Below, piece after piece: positions 19,014-29,861 of a stretch of 64,000 nt of DNA. Each line of letters starts with the position of its first letter. Position 1 is the stretch's first letter. A program made the position numbers and the translations under genes. Source of the stretch: Candidatus Aminicenantes bacterium (GTDB taxonomy: Bacteria > Acidobacteriota > Aminicenantia > JAMOAD01); NCBI GenBank assembly GCA_027061995.1, contig JAMOUT010000075.1, forward strand, positions 92 to 64,091. Direction: 5' to 3'. The notes beneath the pieces are model-generated. The model had not been told where the DNA came from and did no database searches. It saw only the letters and a list, made by a program, of their open reading frames with translations.

Positions 19014-20224
19014 TTTTCAATCAAAGACTTAAATGTATTATAATATTTTTCAATACTCTTTTTTCTGTCATATCTCTCAACAAAAATTTTTCTCAATGAT
19101 TTACCCTCCTCTTTTACAAGTTCTTTATTACTATAATATAACATAATATTTTCAATAAATCCATCCGAATCCCCTTCTTTAACAAATTTTCCGAGCTTGA
19201 ATTCATTAATAAAGTTAAAAATTTCATTCTCCTTATCACCGACTAAAATAAAAGGCTTGCCTACCGCAATAATTCCGTAAAACTTGGAGGGAAGCAATAA
19301 TCCTCCGATACCCTCTTTAATACTGATAAGAGATATATCCGCCATATTAAGGCTAAAATTCAAATCATTATACCTTTGATAAGGAAGAATCATTACATTT
19401 TTCAAACTATATTTTTTAATAAAATCTACTATCTGCTTTTTTTTAACTCCTCCGCCGATAAATTGGAAAATGATATTTTTTTCATTTTTGAATTTTTTAA
19501 TACCTTCTAATATGGTTTTAAACTCATGCCCCAGCCCCATATTTCCGGAATATTGAACTATGAATTTATCTTTTAGTGAAAATTTTTTAACGAACGGATT
19601 ATCTTCTTTTTTAACAGGAAAAAGCTTGTTTCCATCGGACCAATTAGGAATTATATTTATTTTATTTTTGTCAATATTATAATTGTTTAAAATAGTTTCT
19701 TTCATTTTATCTCCGAGAGAAATAACTTTATCCGCTCCGTTGAAAATCGTATTATTAATTTTTCTCAAAACTTTTGAAAAAACGGAATTCCCTCTCAACA
19801 TTTTTAACCGAATTTCTAATTCAGGGTGTAAATCTTCCACAACATATATTATTTTCGCTTTCTTTATTTTTCCCAGTAAAACCCCCACAAGAGCAATCAT
19901 CGGGGGCGAGGAAAAAACCATTATTATATCAATATTCTTAATAAACAAACCTTTGAATAAGACATTTATAAAAAAAGTTAACATCTCCGCTAATCTGTAA
20001 AACGAGGATCTGTTTTTCCCGTAAATATTATTAACTCTGTGAATTTTAATCCCTTTATATTCCTCAAATTTCTTATGTTTTTTCTCTCCATTATAACTAT
20101 TTCTCGAACATACAACAGATATATTAACACCTTTCGCTACCAAATCCTCGGATAATTCTGTTAAGAGTTGAGGAACGGAAGTGATATCAGGATAAAAATA
20201 TCTGTTAATTATTAGTATTCTCAA
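19010..20224 (-). CDS. Family 4 glycosyltransferase
   Basis: The N-terminus MRILIINRYFYPDITSVPQ is typical GT4. A C-terminal EX7E-like region is present. Confidence 0.75.
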   Translation of the reverse strand: MRILIINRYFYPDITSVPQLLTELSEDLVAKGVNISVVCSRNSYNGEKKHKKFEEYKGIKIHRVNNIYGKNRSSFYRLAEMLTFFINVLFKGLFIKNIDIIMVFSSPPMIALVGVLLGKIKKAKIIYVVEDLHPELEIRLKMLRGNSVFSKVLRKINNTIFNGADKVISLGDKMKETILNNYNIDKNKINIIPNWSDGNKLFPVKKEDNPFVKKFSLKDKFIVQYSGNMGLGHEFKTILEGIKKFKNEKNIIFQFIGGGVKKKQIVDFIKKYSLKNVMILPYQRYNDLNFSLNMADISLISIKEGIGGLLLPSKFYGIIAVGKPFILVGDKENEIFNFINEFKLGKFVKEGDSDGFIENIMLYYSNKELVKEEGKSLRKIFVERYDRKKSIEKYYNTFKSLIEK

Positions 20225-20239
20225 TTCTAATTTGTCTCC

Positions 20240-21418
20240 TTAAGTTTCACTATCTAATACTTTCTTTAATAATTTGATTATTCTGTTTGCCCTTTCCTCC
20301 TGGGAAGGAAAACTTTTTAATCTTTCATACCCTTTCTTCTTTAAATTATCCTGTAAATTAACATCTTTAATCAATTTATCAATTAGAAGAGCAGCTTTTT
20401 TACTCTTATAAGGATTAACATAAACCGCTGCATCTTTGCATATTTCTCTTGAAAATTTTTTATTTGAAACCACCAATGGTTTTCCACTCGCAAAAGCTTC
20501 AAGATAAGTAGCTGAAAAAGTTTCCAGTATGCTCGGAACAAAGACTATTTCGGCCTTTTCGTATAAGCCATATACCTCTTCATACGAATATGAACCGATG
20601 TTCTTAACAACATCACATACTTTATTCTTTTTTATTCTTTTCTTTACCTTTTTCCACACTTTTCCACTCTTCTTTAAAGTCAGAATAAAATTAAATTTAT
20701 AATCAGCTATTTCTTTTAATTCTTTTGCAATTGAGGGTATGGTTACATATGCTTTATGATAATAATCAGCACCAGGGCAAAAAATAACAAAATTCTTGTT
20801 AGGCTTTATTACCTCTTTTCCTTTTTGCAACCAGTTCTTATAATCATCAATAAATATTCTGTCAAAAGCATTCGGAATAACATAAGTCTTTTTTTCCGAG
20901 ATGAAGAGTCTTTTACAAAAGTTTTTTTTAGATTCTTCGGTTTGAAAAATCCAATGATCAGCCATTCTCGCATAATACATCTGATATAAGGTTAAAAGGA
21001 ATCTTTTTAGAATAGAAAAGAGATCTCCGAATACAAGAAAACTTCTAATATCTGAATGTGTTATATACGGATTACTGATTCCGAGAATATGTTTGATATT
21101 GAAATTAACATAAGCAGGGCCTGCCATAGTATAAACAGCATTTATATTATTTTGTTCGATAATTGCTATCAGATGTTTTCTACTTTTTTTATCTTTTGAG
21201 GGACTCTTGTGAAATACAAAGATTCTATCATTTTCCACCCCCCAACTTTTTAACAATTCAAAAACAGGTAAAGAAACCGCAAAAAACCATTTAATATCTC
21301 CTTTCCCCTTTATGAGAATATGCTTGATAAACAAAGCTGAATTTTTTAGAGGTCCCCCCATTATGTTCGTAGTCGAATTAAATAATATTCTTTTTTTTTC
21401 ATATGTCATCAAAAACAC
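20240..21418 (-). CDS. Glycosyltransferase (GT4-like C-terminal domain)
   Basis: EIVFVPSILETFSATYLEAFASGKPLVVSN resembles the GT4 donor-binding region. Confidence 0.55.
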   Translation of the reverse strand: MFLMTYEKKRILFNSTTNIMGGPLKNSALFIKHILIKGKGDIKWFFAVSLPVFELLKSWGVENDRIFVFHKSPSKDKKSRKHLIAIIEQNNINAVYTMAGPAYVNFNIKHILGISNPYITHSDIRSFLVFGDLFSILKRFLLTLYQMYYARMADHWIFQTEESKKNFCKRLFISEKKTYVIPNAFDRIFIDDYKNWLQKGKEVIKPNKNFVIFCPGADYYHKAYVTIPSIAKELKEIADYKFNFILTLKKSGKVWKKVKKRIKKNKVCDVVKNIGSYSYEEVYGLYEKAEIVFVPSILETFSATYLEAFASGKPLVVSNKKFSREICKDAAVYVNPYKSKKAALLIDKLIKDVNLQDNLKKKGYERLKSFPSQEERANRIIKLLKKVLDSET

Positions 21419-22543
21419 CTATTCTATGGAAACAACCGTTTGTTTTTTAAAAATAATATCGTAAATTTTTTCATATTTTCTTACCATCTTATCAATAGAA
21501 AACCGTTTTGATATTTTTCTTCGTGCATTTTTCCCAATCAAAATTCTTTTTTGCTTATCTTCCAATAAATTAATTATTTTCTTTGAAAAAGTATTATGAT
21601 CATTTATATCTACGAGAATACCATCAATATCATTTTCTATTAATTCTCTGTTAGCGGGGATGTCGGTTGTAATTACAGGTAATGAATAAGCCATAGCTTC
21701 GGAAACAGCGTTTGAAAATCCTTCTGAAAAAGTATGTAACACGAAAATATCGGACATTCTATATAAAGGTTCAATTGCTTTAACATTTCCCGGAAACTTT
21801 ATAAAATTTTCCAGACCTTTAGATTTAACAAAAGCCTCAACATTCTTTTTCAAAGGGCCGTCACCGGCAATAAAAAGATATATTTCCCTTTTTTCAAGTA
21901 TTTTACTGATTATCTTTACTAATACCTGATGTCCTTTTAACTCATCAAAACGACCGACACTTAGAATAATTGGGATTCCATCTTTTAAAAAATACTTTTT
22001 TAATGTTTCTTTTGGGGGAGAATAATGATTATTATTAACTTCCGGTACTCCATTGTAAACTATTCCTATTTTTCCTCTTTCTATTTTTAAGAAATCAACA
22101 CAATTGTTTTTAATTGCCTTTGAATTTACTACAACAAAATCAGCAACCCTGTGAGAAAACAAATCACAAATAGTCCATTTATTAAAATAACTAAAATGTT
22201 CTCCTCGCTGAGATGTTATTAATGAAATTTTTTTCCCCATGAACAACTTAATCATGCCCCCAAAAAAATTAGCTGTTGGTAATATAGTATGAACAATATC
22301 TATTTTTTTATCCTCAATAATTTTTTTTATTTGCCAAAATGATCCTATTATATTTTTGTAGTTTTTCACTCTAACAATATTTACCGAATCTTTTACTTCC
22401 TCGACAAAACTATTTTCATTGGTAAGCAGAATCAGATTTGGGGAAAAGGTGTTTTTATCAAGATTGTTTAACAAATATACAAGCTGTCGTTCAGATCCGC
22501 CTGTTTTTAAGGAGGGAATCATTAAGAGTAAATTAATTTTCAT
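21419..22543 (-). CDS. Family 4 glycosyltransferase
   Basis: KTGGSERQLVYLLNNL is at the N-terminus, followed by a C-terminal GT4 domain FSEGFSNAVSEAMAYSLPVITTD. Confidence 0.8.
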   Translation of the reverse strand: MKINLLLMIPSLKTGGSERQLVYLLNNLDKNTFSPNLILLTNENSFVEEVKDSVNIVRVKNYKNIIGSFWQIKKIIEDKKIDIVHTILPTANFFGGMIKLFMGKKISLITSQRGEHFSYFNKWTICDLFSHRVADFVVVNSKAIKNNCVDFLKIERGKIGIVYNGVPEVNNNHYSPPKETLKKYFLKDGIPIILSVGRFDELKGHQVLVKIISKILEKREIYLFIAGDGPLKKNVEAFVKSKGLENFIKFPGNVKAIEPLYRMSDIFVLHTFSEGFSNAVSEAMAYSLPVITTDIPANRELIENDIDGILVDINDHNTFSKKIINLLEDKQKRILIGKNARRKISKRFSIDKMVRKYEKIYDIIFKKQTVVSIE

Positions 22544-23909
22544 TGGATGAGAGATAAATGATTATCTGAAAAACAAAAACAAAGATTAGAAAAGGGAGTA
22601 AAAAAAAGGTTAACATTGAAATAGCACTTGCAAAATTTCTTGAAACAGAGAAAAAAATTAGTGTAACTATCAAAAGACTATAACCTATAAACTTAATCCT
22701 ACTTACCCTTAGCATTTTACAATACAAAATCTTTAATAATACTCCAAATAAAATAAATTCGAGAAAAAACAAGTTTTCTCCGAAATTCAATATAGAAGTT
22801 CCCAGCAAACTTGCATTATAAGTTATTCCAAATTCCTTATTTTTCGGAAAAAAATACTCATTGTAAAATTTTACAATACTAAAATTCGGCTTATTTTTCC
22901 AAATAAATTTTGGAACGAAGATTAAAACAGAGTGAAGATAGTTTCTCCCGTAGAAACGAATATCTAACGGATGGGTTAAGATAACAACATATTGCTCAGT
23001 GCTATAAAACATTTTTGTAATAATTCCTCTTAATTTTATGTCCATGCTTTTTTCATATTCTTTTTTTATATAATAGGATCTGAACACATGAAAAAGGAAA
23101 AATAACAAAAAAATAAAAAAGGATAAAAACATAATTTTCCTAAGTCTTATTTTCTTTATCTTATAATGGTAAATCATTAAAATCACTAAAATCGGTACGA
23201 ACACATGCCCTCTACTTCCCTCGAAAAGATACACTATCAAAAAAAAGCCAGTTAGAACGATTGTTAAAAAAGTAATTTTCTTATTTTTCAAATATGAAAA
23301 ATAGAAAAACATTATCATTCCAATAGGAGAAAAAAAACTCATCAAGAACAAAAATCCATGTCCACTAATGAAAAAAGTTCTTCTACCTAGATGGGTGAAA
23401 AAATAAATGGGATCAGACTTAATAATAAGAAAAAAAGAAAGAAAACCTGACAAAACAAATAGAATGGATAATATCTGACCATATAGATACCATCTGGTAG
23501 GAAGTTCGGGGGGTAACTTCTTTGAAACATCCCGCGAACTTTTTATCAAATATCCCATGTAAAAAGATAAAACAGCTATATTTATAAAAAAAAACATTTT
23601 AATTGCAAATGTAGTATTAAAAATATCTTTTGAAATATTTAGTGTGGGACCGTAAATAGTAATAAAGATAGGATGTATTAAATAAAAAAGCTGAAAAAGA
23701 AAAAGAAACAAAATGAAAGGGGAAAAGATATCGGTTAATCTGTTTTTCAAGAGTGTTAAAGGAATAATCCATTGAAAAAAAACACTTTCCGTAATTAAGA
23801 AATAAAGAAATATTGGAGATTTTTCTGAAAAAGTGAAAAATAAAAAATTTATAGAAACCATTATTAAATAATAAAAAACAAGATTAATCTTTTGTTTCTC
23901 TATCTTCAT
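22533..23909 (-). CDS. Polytopic membrane protein, candidate O-antigen/oligosaccharide repeat-unit polymerase (Wzy-like)
   Basis: There are ~10-12 TM helices with one larger loop. The start is chosen at the Met after GGAGGA (23909); the ORF track extends to 23957. The call rests on position within a Wzx/Wzy-type locus. Confidence 0.45.
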   Translation of the reverse strand: MKIEKQKINLVFYYLIMVSINFLFFTFSEKSPIFLYFLITESVFFQWIIPLTLLKNRLTDIFSPFILFLFLFQLFYLIHPIFITIYGPTLNISKDIFNTTFAIKMFFFINIAVLSFYMGYLIKSSRDVSKKLPPELPTRWYLYGQILSILFVLSGFLSFFLIIKSDPIYFFTHLGRRTFFISGHGFLFLMSFFSPIGMIMFFYFSYLKNKKITFLTIVLTGFFLIVYLFEGSRGHVFVPILVILMIYHYKIKKIRLRKIMFLSFFIFLLFFLFHVFRSYYIKKEYEKSMDIKLRGIITKMFYSTEQYVVILTHPLDIRFYGRNYLHSVLIFVPKFIWKNKPNFSIVKFYNEYFFPKNKEFGITYNASLLGTSILNFGENLFFLEFILFGVLLKILYCKMLRVSRIKFIGYSLLIVTLIFFSVSRNFASAISMLTFFLLPFLIFVFVFQIIIYLSSNEN

Positions 23910-25801
23910 AATAAAGAAATTTCCTCCGCCCATTTTAAAAACACATAAATAGTCCAAAGCTCAACACTAAAATTCTCTTTTTTATTGGAAAGGATGTTTT
24001 TAAGTTCCTTTTCGTTAAAAAAAATACTGGTTTTTTGGGGAAAGTTATTTAGATAGTGCACAATTTCATCTCGGACAAAGTTTTTCACCCATTTTTTTAA
24101 AGGAATACCAAATCCTTTCTTAGGTAAAGAAAATAATTCCTCTGGAATCTTATCTTTAAATGTTTCTTTTAATATCCACTTTGAAATGTTTCCCTTTAAT
24201 TTATATTCGGTAGGTATTTTCAAAGCAAATTCCACTATTCTATGGTCAAGGATAGGGACCCTAACTTCCAATGAATTTAACATACTCATCCTATCTACTT
24301 TTGTAAGTATGTCATTGACCATATAATTTTTTAAATCATGACACATATTCCATTGAGGAAGAGAAAACTCTTTCGTTAGATTTAGTTGCCCTGTGAAAAT
24401 AGAGGGGGAATAATTCTCTTCTATTTCTCTTTTAAATCCTTTACTATACAGAGATTTCTTTATTATTTTAGTCACCTGAAACATATGAGATATTATTTGC
24501 TCATCTCCCCTGGACGATAAAATTTCACAAAACTTGTATAATCTTCTTTTCTTTTTCGTAAAGTGAGAAACAAATTTCATAGTAGGACATAAAATTATCT
24601 TTTCTGATAAAAACCTTAAAGCATAAGGAATTTTTAAGTATTTTTCAAAATACTTTGAAAACATGTAAGGCCTTACATAACCCCCGAAATTTTCGTCTCC
24701 TCCGTCTCCGGAAAGCGAAACAGTAACTTTTTCTCGGGCATATTTTGAGACAAGATATGTAGGAATCATAGAATGGTCTGCAAACGGCTCATCCATCTGG
24801 TAAATTAGTTCCGGTATTATATCCCTAAAATTATCAAAAGATAAAATTTCTTCCGTATGCTCCGTTCCATACTTTTCCGCGGTCAATCTAGCATACTCTC
24901 TTTCATCTTTCTCCCCCTCAAAACCAATTGTAAAAGTTTTTACTGGTTTTGACGAAAGCTCAGCCATAGTGGCAACAACTATTGTTGAATCTATCCCACC
25001 GGAAAGAAAAGCACCCAGCGGCACATCGGAAATCATCCTTTTTTTTACCGAATCTTTCATCAATCCTCTCAAGATTTCTTTAATTTCGTTTATGTCTGTA
25101 ATTTTATCCCTACATGAACAATCTATCTCCCAGTATTTTATTTTTTTTATCGCCCCTGTTTTTAAATCATACCTAAGGTAATGGCCAGGTTCAAGTTTAT
25201 AGGAGTTTTTAAAAACTGTTGAGGGGTAAGGAATATATCCTAGAGAAAAGTAATCATTCAAACTTACAAAATCAATCTCTTTATCAAAATTTTGTAACTT
25301 GAAGAGGGCTTTAAGCTCAGAGGAAAAAGCCAATTGGCCCCCTTTATAAAAATAGAAAACAGGCTTTATACCTATTCTGTCTCTTATAAGGTATAGGATT
25401 CTATTTTTTAAATCAAGCAATCCAATAGCAAACATCCCATTAAGTTTGTTTACAAAATCAATTCCCCATTCTCTGTAAGCTTTCAGAATAACTTCGGTAT
25501 CCGATTTGGTTTTAAAAGAATATCCACCCTTTATAAGCTTTTCCCTAATCTCAAGGAAATTATATATTTCTCCATTAAAAACAATTACAAGATCATCTTC
25601 ATCTGACATAGGTTGATTTGCAGTGTCTGACAAATCAATAATGCTCAATCGCCTGTGTCCCAAACCTACCCATTTACCAGATGCTTGCGCTACAAAACTA
25701 CCTTCAGCATCCGGTCCTCGGTGTTTTATCTCTCCCGCCATTACAAGAAGCTCTTTTTTTTCTATCTTGTTAATGGAAATAACCCCACAAATCCCGCACA
25801 T
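23906..25801 (-). CDS. asnB: Asparagine synthase (glutamine-hydrolysing) homologue, probable sugar amidotransferase
   Basis: MCGICG is the N-terminal nucleophile. The SGGIDS PP-loop motif is present. The size is 631 aa. Confidence 0.85.
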   Translation of the reverse strand: MCGICGVISINKIEKKELLVMAGEIKHRGPDAEGSFVAQASGKWVGLGHRRLSIIDLSDTANQPMSDEDDLVIVFNGEIYNFLEIREKLIKGGYSFKTKSDTEVILKAYREWGIDFVNKLNGMFAIGLLDLKNRILYLIRDRIGIKPVFYFYKGGQLAFSSELKALFKLQNFDKEIDFVSLNDYFSLGYIPYPSTVFKNSYKLEPGHYLRYDLKTGAIKKIKYWEIDCSCRDKITDINEIKEILRGLMKDSVKKRMISDVPLGAFLSGGIDSTIVVATMAELSSKPVKTFTIGFEGEKDEREYARLTAEKYGTEHTEEILSFDNFRDIIPELIYQMDEPFADHSMIPTYLVSKYAREKVTVSLSGDGGDENFGGYVRPYMFSKYFEKYLKIPYALRFLSEKIILCPTMKFVSHFTKKKRRLYKFCEILSSRGDEQIISHMFQVTKIIKKSLYSKGFKREIEENYSPSIFTGQLNLTKEFSLPQWNMCHDLKNYMVNDILTKVDRMSMLNSLEVRVPILDHRIVEFALKIPTEYKLKGNISKWILKETFKDKIPEELFSLPKKGFGIPLKKWVKNFVRDEIVHYLNNFPQKTSIFFNEKELKNILSNKKENFSVELWTIYVFLKWAEEISLL

Positions 25802-25820
25802 TTTTTCTCCTTATTAAGTC

Positions 25821-26717
25821 TTAAATACCCTCAATAAATTCTTCAATTTCAGCACCTTTATTTAACCTATCCCTTAAAATAAGCTTGTTATTATTTTTTT
25901 GAAATACAGAAAGATTTTCTTTCTCTCTATTCTCTGTTATGAATAGGAGTCCGTCATCCTTTAATATGAGTTTTAGATTATTAACAATGTTTATAATCTC
26001 TTTTTTCTTCAAATAAACAAGGTTTAAAACATTTGCCACCTTAATAATATCAAGCTGCTCATGATTCCATGGTTCGGAGGTATCCCACTGTTCAATCCGT
26101 ATTTTGTCACTTTCTTCGACAAGTTTAAGAATCCTCCGATCCAAAAGCACAACATCCCTCCCGCTGTCTATATATCTTTTTTGATATTTCTTCCCTTTCA
26201 TCCTAAAATATCTTTTAGCAAGAAAAAAAACAGGAAAAAAACTTTTTTTATCAAGTAGAAAAGTCCAATGTTTATTGGCAACAATAAAGGATTTTCCCTT
26301 GGTATCATAAAAAAAGAAAGAGTTCTTTACTTTTACTATCTTCACATTAAATAAATAATCAGTTAAGTAAAAAGTTAAAAGATGTTTACGAAGCCTATAA
26401 AAAAGATATAATGATGAGACTCCCGTTGAAGCACCGACTTCCAATAAATTCACTTTTTTGGATTTAATTGTTTTTAGAATCAATTCATCTGTAAGTAAGT
26501 TTCTTTTATATAGAGTTGTTTTCCATGTTTTTTTATAGTAAATATGAGAAACTAATTCATTAAATTCTTCATTATCCAATTCCTCGGAATAAAATAATTT
26601 GTAAAGTGGAGGAATCTTAGGAAAAATATTTTTGAAAAGAAGATTGTTCCCATTATTATTATAATATATTAACGAATTTTTTATAAGAAAGTTTTTCAAG
26701 TTTTTCATTATATTCAT
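25821..26717 (-). CDS. Hypothetical protein, possible divergent SAM-dependent methyltransferase
   Basis: LEVGASTGVSS resembles MTase motif I. The rest is not recognised. Confidence 0.3.
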   Translation of the reverse strand: MNIMKNLKNFLIKNSLIYYNNNGNNLLFKNIFPKIPPLYKLFYSEELDNEEFNELVSHIYYKKTWKTTLYKRNLLTDELILKTIKSKKVNLLEVGASTGVSSLYLFYRLRKHLLTFYLTDYLFNVKIVKVKNSFFFYDTKGKSFIVANKHWTFLLDKKSFFPVFFLAKRYFRMKGKKYQKRYIDSGRDVVLLDRRILKLVEESDKIRIEQWDTSEPWNHEQLDIIKVANVLNLVYLKKKEIINIVNNLKLILKDDGLLFITENREKENLSVFQKNNNKLILRDRLNKGAEIEEFIEGI

Positions 26718-27472
26718 TTTTTTCTACCAATCACAACAAAATACGACCCTATTTTTAATGAATCAACAATCTTAAAAGGAAGTAACCATTTCATGGTTCT
26801 GTTCCCTAACCAATTATAATATCTATAAATTTTTTTTAAAAGTTTTCTTTTTCTAAAATTATAACCCAAGGAGATTAGTCCTATTTCCCTTAATTCCAAA
26901 ACTTCCAAATTGTTTTTTTCATAAACCTTTTTCAAATCTTTCTTATCAATAATAATATGTTTGTTAAATACCTCCTCGTCCAAAACTTTCTGAATTTTCC
27001 CCTGAATTCCCGTTAACTTAGGAACTCCGGTTATCAAAAGCCCGTCTTTTTTCAAAAAGGAAGAAAAAACCTTTATTATCTCATTATAATCCTCAAAATG
27101 TTCTATTACTCCAAAAGATGAGACTATATCAAATTTCTCTGAAAAATTCTCACCAAGTTTTGTAAAATCATTTTTCACAATATTAGCCTTTATATTTTCA
27201 AATCTTAGCCTATCCTTTATCAATTTTATGCCAGCATCAGAATAATCAACTCCCCATACTTCATAGCCATAGAACTTTTTAAAATATATAATCCATCTCG
27301 AATCTCCGCATCCGAGTTCAAGATACGAAAGATGACTTCCTTGTTTCAAAATTTCCTTAAAAATTTCAATTAGATGTTTCTCAATAATTCCATATCCACT
27401 CTTTTGCACAATTCTTGGCTTCCTCTTTTTTCCATAGTAGCTTTCCCAAAAAGTTTTATCGGTAAGTTTCAT
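26714..27472 (-). CDS. Class I SAM-dependent methyltransferase
   Basis: Motif I YLELGCGDSRW is present. The acidic motif VWGVDYSD follows with typical spacing. Confidence 0.7.
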   Translation of the reverse strand: MKLTDKTFWESYYGKKRKPRIVQKSGYGIIEKHLIEIFKEILKQGSHLSYLELGCGDSRWIIYFKKFYGYEVWGVDYSDAGIKLIKDRLRFENIKANIVKNDFTKLGENFSEKFDIVSSFGVIEHFEDYNEIIKVFSSFLKKDGLLITGVPKLTGIQGKIQKVLDEEVFNKHIIIDKKDLKKVYEKNNLEVLELREIGLISLGYNFRKRKLLKKIYRYYNWLGNRTMKWLLPFKIVDSLKIGSYFVVIGRKK

Positions 27473-27474
27473 TG

Positions 27475-28350
27475 TTAGTATTCCACTTTTTCCAATGAAA
27501 ACTCATCGGAAATCAGGGAAAAAGACCCCCCTATTATAGATGTTTTTGAAAAACATTTCCTATATAAAGCATAAAAAAGAATCATAATTTTAAAAGGAAT
27601 ACAAGAAAACAAATAATAGAGAAACAAACTTTTCACATCGAACCATTTGCCATATCTTTCTTTCTCCTCTCTATTAGAAAAACTGGTGTTCTTCCTATAA
27701 CTTACATCTAAAAAACATTCTTTAAATTCAATACCGGCAAATTCAAAGATTTTTATCAAAAGCTCAATATTTTTATTTTTAATGTCGGAATATTTGATAA
27801 AAAATACAGGAAATTTCCGAATTATTTTTTTCCTTGCTTTTTTTGATAAAATATAAAGAAGAACCTCTCTTGTCAAAGAACCCTTTATTCCTATTTTCTT
27901 TTGAAAATTAATCGCTGATTTAACATTATCAAGAAAAGCTCTTTCTATAATTATAAAGTTAGCATCAGGAAATTTTTTTTTGAGCTTAAAAAAATTTAAT
28001 ATGTGAGCTTTTTGTAACCACGCTTTTCCCCCTTCTTTTCTTGTGAAAGCATCCATGACAAACTCAAATACGGTGAGATAATCCTTAAAACGATTTTCAT
28101 ACAAAAGCTTCTTCTCAAGCCCTGTCAACCTGAAAAAATCACCCGAAGTAAAAGTTTCAACAAAAGCAATATAGTTATCAATCCTATTCAAAGTACCAAA
28201 AATCGATGGGAAAACTTCAAAAAGATTTGTTTCTACTATACCTCTGTGATATTCACTCTGTATGCCTTTAACTTTATCAGAGTTAAGAATAATATTCGAC
28301 AACCATTTTGTTCCCGAACGGTCTTTTCCTAATACAAAAATCCTTTTCAT
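27475..28350 (-). CDS. Sulfotransferase (PAPS-dependent)
   Basis: The N-terminal 5'-PSB-like loop VLGKDRSGTKWL matches sulfotransferase GxxRSGTT. The size is ~290 aa. APS kinase is encoded in the same locus. Confidence 0.55.
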   Translation of the reverse strand: MKRIFVLGKDRSGTKWLSNIILNSDKVKGIQSEYHRGIVETNLFEVFPSIFGTLNRIDNYIAFVETFTSGDFFRLTGLEKKLLYENRFKDYLTVFEFVMDAFTRKEGGKAWLQKAHILNFFKLKKKFPDANFIIIERAFLDNVKSAINFQKKIGIKGSLTREVLLYILSKKARKKIIRKFPVFFIKYSDIKNKNIELLIKIFEFAGIEFKECFLDVSYRKNTSFSNREEKERYGKWFDVKSLFLYYLFSCIPFKIMILFYALYRKCFSKTSIIGGSFSLISDEFSLEKVEY

Positions 28351-28352
28351 CT

Positions 28353-29858
28353 TTAACTACCTCCGAATATTCTACCTTTTATTGCATGAAACACAAATTG
28401 ATCCTCTTTTGGTAATTTAAATATGATTAAAAACAAAAAATACAAAGCAAGTTCTATGAAAATAGCGGTAACCAAAAAAAAGAAAGGAGCTTTTAGCAAA
28501 TAAATAAAATTTTTAAAAATAACAATAAATGCCAATGGAAAAATTAAGGACAATATTGGTTTTAAGTATTCTCTATCTAAAGGAAATATCCCAACAACAC
28601 TCTTGATATAAAACATCTTAATAAAATTAAAACCAATCAAACTAACCCCTGTGGATATACAAGCCCCAACTATTCCGTACTTGGGAATAAGTAAATAATT
28701 CAAAACTATATTGATTAAAACCATTGGTACCGAAAATAATAATTCTTTTTCTCTTTTCCCCAACATAATAAGCACATTTCCGACAGAGCCGGAAAATGAT
28801 AAAATTAACCAAATAATTGAAAAAATTATCAAGATAACCATACCTTGTCTATATTCCTTCTTAAAAACGCCCAAGATAATATCACTGTTTACGATAAAAA
28901 ACACGGAAAAAGGAAGAGTTAAGGTAAAAATCCATCTTGATACGATTTTGAACAACTTGTCTGCTTCTACGAATTCCTTTTTTACAAACAAGGAAGACAG
29001 AACAGGCGAGAAAATAGAATTAAATGAAAACCAAAATAAAAACAGTAAATAGCTAATTCTATAAACAAAAGAATAGATCCCCACTGATTTTGAAGTTTTA
29101 AAATAACCGAGCATAATAATATCTGTTTTATTTAAAATCATCACTGTAAAATACAAAAGAAGTATTGGAAAAGAGAACTTCAGTAACTCTTTTCCATCCC
29201 CTTTAACTTTTTTTAAGAAGACTTTAATGTTTAGCCTATAATTTAAAAGATAGAAACCGATGAAAACTGAAATCAAAGTAGAAAAAAGAAAAGCATAAAC
29301 AGCTGAATATAATCCAAACCCCAAATAATAAAGAAAAAGAAAAAGACCTAATGAAGATATTGGCTGAAGAATATCCTTTAAAAAAGCTGAATATTTCAAT
29401 TCCTTAAAACCTCTGAAAAAGGAGACTATCATGATTAACATTGCTTGAAAGACTAATACCAAGGAAAACAACCTTAGCAAACCAACCAAATCTTTATTCT
29501 TAAAAATATAGATGGAGACCTCTCTTGATGAAAAAAACATTAGCATCGCAAAAATTAAACTTAAGAAAAAAACAAAGAAGATCGAGAATCTTATTACCCA
29601 TTCTGTTTTTTCCAAATCCTTTTTCTCCATATATTCAGATATATATTTCACCGCTGTCATATTAAGACCGAAAATAGATAATACCGTTAAAACATTAACA
29701 ATGCTTAGCCCGAGACTATAGAGCCCGTATGATGCAGCTCCCAACAAATTTGCAATTAACAAATGATACAATGTCCTAAAAAAAGTTCCACCGAGCTGTC
29801 CTCCAAAACTTATCCCAGCATTCTTAACAATTAATTTAAGATTATCTTTCATATACAA
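28353..29858 (-). CDS. wzx: Wzx-type oligosaccharide flippase (MOP/PST family)
   Basis: It is 501 aa with ~12-14 TM helices. The N-terminal region is typical of the polysaccharide biosynthesis protein family. Confidence 0.7.
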   Translation of the reverse strand: MYMKDNLKLIVKNAGISFGGQLGGTFFRTLYHLLIANLLGAASYGLYSLGLSIVNVLTVLSIFGLNMTAVKYISEYMEKKDLEKTEWVIRFSIFFVFFLSLIFAMLMFFSSREVSIYIFKNKDLVGLLRLFSLVLVFQAMLIMIVSFFRGFKELKYSAFLKDILQPISSLGLFLFLYYLGFGLYSAVYAFLFSTLISVFIGFYLLNYRLNIKVFLKKVKGDGKELLKFSFPILLLYFTVMILNKTDIIMLGYFKTSKSVGIYSFVYRISYLLFLFWFSFNSIFSPVLSSLFVKKEFVEADKLFKIVSRWIFTLTLPFSVFFIVNSDIILGVFKKEYRQGMVILIIFSIIWLILSFSGSVGNVLIMLGKREKELLFSVPMVLINIVLNYLLIPKYGIVGACISTGVSLIGFNFIKMFYIKSVVGIFPLDREYLKPILSLIFPLAFIVIFKNFIYLLKAPFFFLVTAIFIELALYFLFLIIFKLPKEDQFVFHAIKGRIFGGS

Positions 29859-29861
29859 ATG